Of a stretch of DNA of 64,000 bases, positions 62,901-64,000 are shown in pieces (position 1 is the first letter of the stretch; each line of letters opens with the position of its first letter). Made by a program: the position numbers and the translations under genes. Origin of the DNA: Octopus sinensis (Eukaryota). The notes under the pieces are model-generated. The model made no database searches. It saw only the letters and a program-made list of their open reading frames with translations, and was not told where the DNA came from. The DNA lies in assembly GCF_006345805.1 (NCBI RefSeq), contig NW_021832376.1:42956-106955 (forward strand), read 5' to 3'.

Positions 62901-63000
62901 AACAGGTTCCATGTATAAACGGTTCTTCAGTGATAGCAGTGACACCACGGATTCTTCACCGAATGCAACAACACCAGAGAATATGGTTGTGGACAAGTAA
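17337..63000 (+). CDS. INTS5: Integrator complex subunit 5 gene, 22 coding exons, 2922-nt spliced CDS, 973 aa
   Basis: Manual splicing of 22 GT-AG exons gives one open frame with matching phases. Segments recognisably match human INTS5 from memory: [120 protein letters not shown]. Confidence 0.93.
17808..18242. mobile_element. Foldback/MITE in INTS5 intron 1 with ~90-bp inverted arms
   Basis: 17808-17900 is the reverse complement of 18150-18242. Confidence 0.8.
18337..19370 (-). mobile_element. Cluster of CR1-type 3' end fragments
   Basis: Similar to 5390-5900, with TACAGTGCTCAGGTGC and (TAA)n ends. Other copies at 9895-9965 and 59940-60165. Confidence 0.7.
19014..19214. mobile_element. hAT MITE inserted in a CR1 fragment
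   Basis: CAGTGCTTTTCAAC.../...TTTGAAAAGCATTG TIRs; perfect 8-bp TSD GTCTAGAT. Confidence 0.88.
20824..21043 (+). CDS. INTS5: INTS5 exon 2 ([10 protein letters not shown]...PEHI)
   Basis: Polypyrimidine tract + CAG acceptor; G|GTCAGT donor, phase 1; conserved [15 protein letters not shown]. An alternative in-frame donor at 21022 is possible. Confidence 0.9.
21114..21440 (+). mobile_element. tRNA-headed SINE, family E
   Basis: TGGCTTAGTGG A box; GAGTTCGATTCC B box; TGTGTCCTTGAGCAAGACACTT central block; 11-bp TSD ATATTTGTACA. Confidence 0.88.
23222..23493. repeat. 42-bp minisatellite, about 6 copies
   Basis: Unit GTGTTGGGCCTCACGGAGGCAAAGTGGCCAAGCTCCTTTTGA. Confidence 0.95.
23820..23923 (+). 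CDS. INTS5: INTS5 exon 3 ([11 protein letters not shown]...AWAPIISA)
   Basis: TTACAG acceptor; GCC|GTAAGT donor; phase 1 to 0. Confidence 0.92.
25489..25643 (+). CDS. INTS5: INTS5 exon 4 (WSLGVLGH...CFAAM)
   Basis: TTTCAG acceptor; AT|GTAGGT donor; phase 0 to 2; LNEVLQLWM motif. Confidence 0.92.
26378..26470 (+). CDS. INTS5: INTS5 exon 5 ([13 protein letters not shown]...FVAHIG)
   Basis: TTCTAG acceptor; GG|GTAAGT donor; phase 2 to 2; strongly conserved SPHFDW. Confidence 0.95.
26745..26915 (+). mobile_element. Penelope-like element end with a degenerate hammerhead-like motif
   Basis: GAGC-ATAG-GCTC-GAAACGT architecture, followed by a (TA)n tail. Confidence 0.45.
26981..27210. mobile_element. 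AT-rich MITE with ~60-bp inverted arms
   Basis: 26981-27041 is the reverse complement of 27152-27210. Confidence 0.7.
27306..27496. mobile_element. piggyBac-type MITE (degenerate)
   Basis: TTAA|CACTTTAGCATT ... AATGCTAAAGGG|TTGA. Confidence 0.65.
28169..28373 (+). CDS. INTS5: INTS5 exon 6 ([12 protein letters not shown]...MSLFQ)
   Basis: TTACAG acceptor; CAG|GTAAGT donor; phase 2 to 0. Confidence 0.95.
29411..30225. mobile_element. 815-bp foldback element: two ~400-bp inverted arms with internal (TTAGGG)n
   Basis: Arms pair along their length around the centre at about 29810; imperfect 8-bp flanking repeat (G/A)GAAATTT. Confidence 0.9.
30412..30529 (+). CDS. INTS5: INTS5 exon 7 (DSFQPGAN...DLVKT)
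   Basis: CTACAG acceptor; T|GTAAGT donor; phase 0 to 1; PFLLQLA motif. Confidence 0.92.
30696..31102 (+). mobile_element. Second copy of the non-autonomous Helitron
   Basis: Near-identical to 11042-11429; same 3' hairpin; ends CTAA|T. Confidence 0.85.
31573..32060. repeat. 39-bp minisatellite, about 12.5 copies
   Basis: Unit TATGAATTGTATGTATGTAGGTAGATATACGAGAGAGAC; one copy lacks a GA. Confidence 0.97.
32776..32851 (+). CDS. INTS5: INTS5 exon 8 ([12 protein letters not shown]...EFD)
   Basis: TCGCAG acceptor; AA|GTAAGT donor; phase 1 to 2. Confidence 0.88.
35377..35483 (+). CDS. INTS5: INTS5 exon 9 (FLQLVIHL...SPKHQ)
   Basis: TTTCAG acceptor; G|GTAATG donor; phase 2 to 1; GAYQVIEFL matches the human GAYRLLQFL region. 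Confidence 0.9.
36503..36561 (+). CDS. INTS5: INTS5 exon 10 ([19 protein letters not shown]), 59 nt
   Basis: TTACAG acceptor; CTG|GTAAGT donor; required to bridge phase 1 to phase 0. Confidence 0.82.
37935..38071 (+). CDS. INTS5: INTS5 exon 11 ([11 protein letters not shown]...NSTGQ)
   Basis: TTCTAG acceptor; AG|GTCAGT donor; phase 0 to 2; ELQKVV and VPLLNSL align to human HLQKLV and VPFLDAL. Confidence 0.88.
39449..39557 (+). CDS. INTS5: INTS5 exon 12 (SEWYLKLL...AKQPSQ)
   Basis: TTCCAG acceptor; CAG|GTAAAC donor; phase 2 to 0. Confidence 0.87.
41075..41336. mobile_element. MITE with ~55-bp TIRs in TA-rich context
   Basis: TAAATATAAGAGAGTGACTACTATGTGGTCTACTCTAGCACTAAAAATAGATCCGC and its near reverse complement at 41281-41336. 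Confidence 0.8.
41834..42030 (+). CDS. INTS5: INTS5 exon 13 (LVKFLQMQ...[11 protein letters not shown]...ALC)
   Basis: CTTCAG acceptor; CG|GTAAGT donor; phase 0 to 2. Confidence 0.9.
43228..43424 (+). CDS. INTS5: INTS5 exon 14 (SQLVSNIHH...ILHFT)
   Basis: CCACAG acceptor; G|GTAAGA donor; phase 2 to 1. Confidence 0.9.
44172..45193. mobile_element. hAT MITE carrying a nested SINE-A trimer
   Basis: TIRs CAGGGGTCCTCAACCG / CGGTTGAGAATCCCTG (14/16); TSD ATCTAATT/GTCTAATT. Confidence 0.8.
45350..45468 (+). CDS. INTS5: INTS5 exon 15 ([10 protein letters not shown]...DAFAS)
   Basis: TTTCAG acceptor; TCA|GTAAGT donor; phase 1 to 0. Confidence 0.88.
46213..46506 (+). mobile_element. tRNA-headed SINE, family D
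   Basis: TGGCCTAGTGG A box; GATTCGATTCC B-box-like motif; ends CACGTGATCACGTGA. A second copy lies at 63280-63570. Confidence 0.85.
46833..47033 (+). CDS. INTS5: INTS5 exon 16 (ENAALFG...[11 protein letters not shown]...LSE)
   Basis: TTTCAG acceptor; GAG|GTAAAC donor; phase 0 to 0. Confidence 0.92.
47972..48315 (+). mobile_element. SINE with the family E head and a different 3' tail
   Basis: Shares the head and central block with 21114-21440, then diverges. Confidence 0.75.
48549..48767. mobile_element. piggyBac-type MITE
   Basis: TTAA|CCCTTTCGTTACT ... AGTAATGAAAGGG|TTAA. A decayed internal copy lies at about 22985-23115. Confidence 0.9.
49248..49492 (+). CDS. INTS5: INTS5 exon 17 ([11 protein letters not shown]...KVTVE)
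   Basis: CCACAG acceptor; AG|GTTAGA donor; phase 0 to 2; WPDEEF motif. Confidence 0.92.
51488..51558 (+). CDS. INTS5: INTS5 exon 18 ([23 protein letters not shown])
   Basis: TTTCAG acceptor; A|GTAAGT donor; phase 2 to 1. Confidence 0.9.
53636..53784 (+). CDS. INTS5: INTS5 exon 19 ([14 protein letters not shown]...YMRK)
   Basis: TCACAG acceptor; AAG|GTAGGT donor; phase 1 to 0. Confidence 0.92.
55180..55284 (+). CDS. INTS5: INTS5 exon 20 (SNLLSSPL...TVWRYMK)
   Basis: TTGCAG acceptor; AAG|GTAAGT donor; phase 0 to 0. Confidence 0.9.
55476..55873 (-). mobile_element. Chimeric SINE: family D head with the tail of the 21114 element, (TCCA)n end
   Basis: 55700-55873 matches the D head; 55500-55680 matches 21265-21430. 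Confidence 0.8.
56425..56713. mobile_element. Palindromic MITE (~135-bp arms, CAATTG ends)
   Basis: Arms are reverse complements. A one-armed relative lies at 51144-51292. Confidence 0.85.
57148..57564 (-). mobile_element. RTE 3'-end insertion (representative of about 30 copies in the window)
   Basis: Matches the 3' UTR of the RTE at 9100-9607, including CCATGCTAGCATGG and the (ATG)n tail. Confidence 0.88.
58053..58092 (+). CDS. INTS5: INTS5 exon 21 ([13 protein letters not shown]), 40 nt
   Basis: CTTCAG acceptor; G|GTAAAT donor; needed to bridge phase 0 to phase 1. Confidence 0.78.
61456..61637. mobile_element. MITE with ~55-bp TIRs (GGGGA...TCCCC)
   Basis: 61456-61510 is the near reverse complement of 61582-61637. 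Confidence 0.75.
62843..63000 (+). CDS. INTS5: INTS5 exon 22, terminal ([17 protein letters not shown]...VVDK*)
   Basis: TTTCAG acceptor; phase 1; SVLHANI matches human SVLHRNI; TAA stop. Confidence 0.9.
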
Positions 63001-63210
63001 AGCACGACACATGGCCGTGTTGGTCATCTTCTTCATTCTAGCTTCTTTTGCTGGAGCTTCTGTCAGGGATTACCGATTGTTAATGAGAGTACCAGTCCTC
63101 TCTGTCTCTCTGAGTCTGTGTGTGGATGAGTGTGTTTTTATGCATGTGAGTGGATGAGCATGTGTGTCAGTGTGTGATTGTATATATTTGTGTCTGTATC
63201 TGAGAATGTT

Positions 63211-63220
63211 ATTAAATAAA
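63211..63220 (+). terminator. Candidate polyadenylation signal of INTS5 (overlapping ATTAAA/AATAAA)
   Basis: ATTAAATAAA about 210 nt after the stop codon, followed by a T/GT-rich tract. Confidence 0.6.
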
Positions 63221-63751
63221 CTTTGTGTATCTATGTATTTTTTAAATTCTCTTTATTATGCATTTATATAAGCATAACTGTGGAGGCGCAATGGCCTAGT
63301 GGTTAGGGCAGCGGACTCGCGGTCGTAGGATCGCGGTTTTGATTCCCAGACCGGGCGTTGTGAGTGTTTATTGAGCGAAAACACCTAAAAGCTCCACGAT
63401 GCTCCGGCAGAGGGTCGTAGCGACCCCTGTTGTACTCTTTCACTCTTCTGTTGGCCTGCTCGCTTAGCCAGCGGGGTGGCATCATTCGAAGGCTAAAACA
63501 ATGCGAACGCATTGTGACCAGCGATGTGTAAAACATCTGATGGTCTGGTCGGTCACGTGATCACATGATAAGTATAACTATATATGAGGGGGGGGGTACT
63601 GAAAAGTTCCTGGCTTTGAGTAAAAGAAAATAGAGGAGGATCAGTTAATTATGATTTTATTTAACATAATCCCTTCTCAGATTCACACACTTATTGCAGT
63701 GGTCCTTCAGTTTTTCTATGCCCTGTATTTGCCCTCATCTTGTTTGTTGTT

Positions 63752-63797
63752 AACACAACGTTTCAGCTGATATACCCTCTAGCCTTCATCAGGTGTG
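63752..63797 (-). ncRNA. Minimal type I hammerhead-ribozyme-like motif in a Penelope-like element end
   Basis: Minus strand: CACAC-CTGATGA-A-GGCT-(AGAGGGTATATC)-AGCT-GAAAC-GTT-GTGTT. Confidence 0.55.
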
Positions 63798-63850
63798 TTG
63801 GGGAAATTTCAAACCTGGGTTCTCATTCCTAAGGTATTTTTCAATGTTGT

Positions 63851-63885
<35 letters not shown>

Positions 63886-64000
63886 CTGCTGTTGCTGTTG
63901 TTGTTGTTCATGTCACTGCCTGGAATTGAACTCGGAATCTTGGAGTTAGAAGCCTACACATTAACCACTACGCCATATGCTCATGGGCAGATGGTGTAGT

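Overview
Eukaryotic, repeat-saturated animal genomic DNA. The repeat landscape suggests a coleoid cephalopod, probably Octopus (inference, not verified). The window holds one complete protein-coding gene, reconstructed by hand: INTS5 (Integrator complex subunit 5), + strand, 22 GT-AG coding exons from ATG 17337 to TAA 63000. The CDS is 2922 nt (973 aa) and all intron phases are consistent. One orphan minus-strand exon candidate (3195-3314) may belong to a neighbouring gene. Nearly all long ORFs in the supplied track are artefacts of microsatellites or decayed retroelements. The rest is transposon-derived or simple-repeat DNA: a decayed RTE LINE plus about 30 copies of its 3' end, CR1-type LINE ends, several tRNA-headed SINE families, non-autonomous Helitrons, hAT, piggyBac, mariner and foldback MITEs, Penelope-like ends and large micro/minisatellites. 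The most notable observation is a ~150-bp antisense copy of the intron 10/exon 11 junction sitting in intron 9. It could fold over exon 10 and mask the exon 11 acceptor, like an ADAR editing-complementary sequence. Also notable: a ~190-bp direct duplication flanking an RTE insertion, a hammerhead-ribozyme-like motif near the window end, head/tail shuffling and tandem multimers of SINEs, and an 815-bp foldback carrying telomeric repeats. No CRISPR array, rRNA gene or convincing tRNA gene is present.
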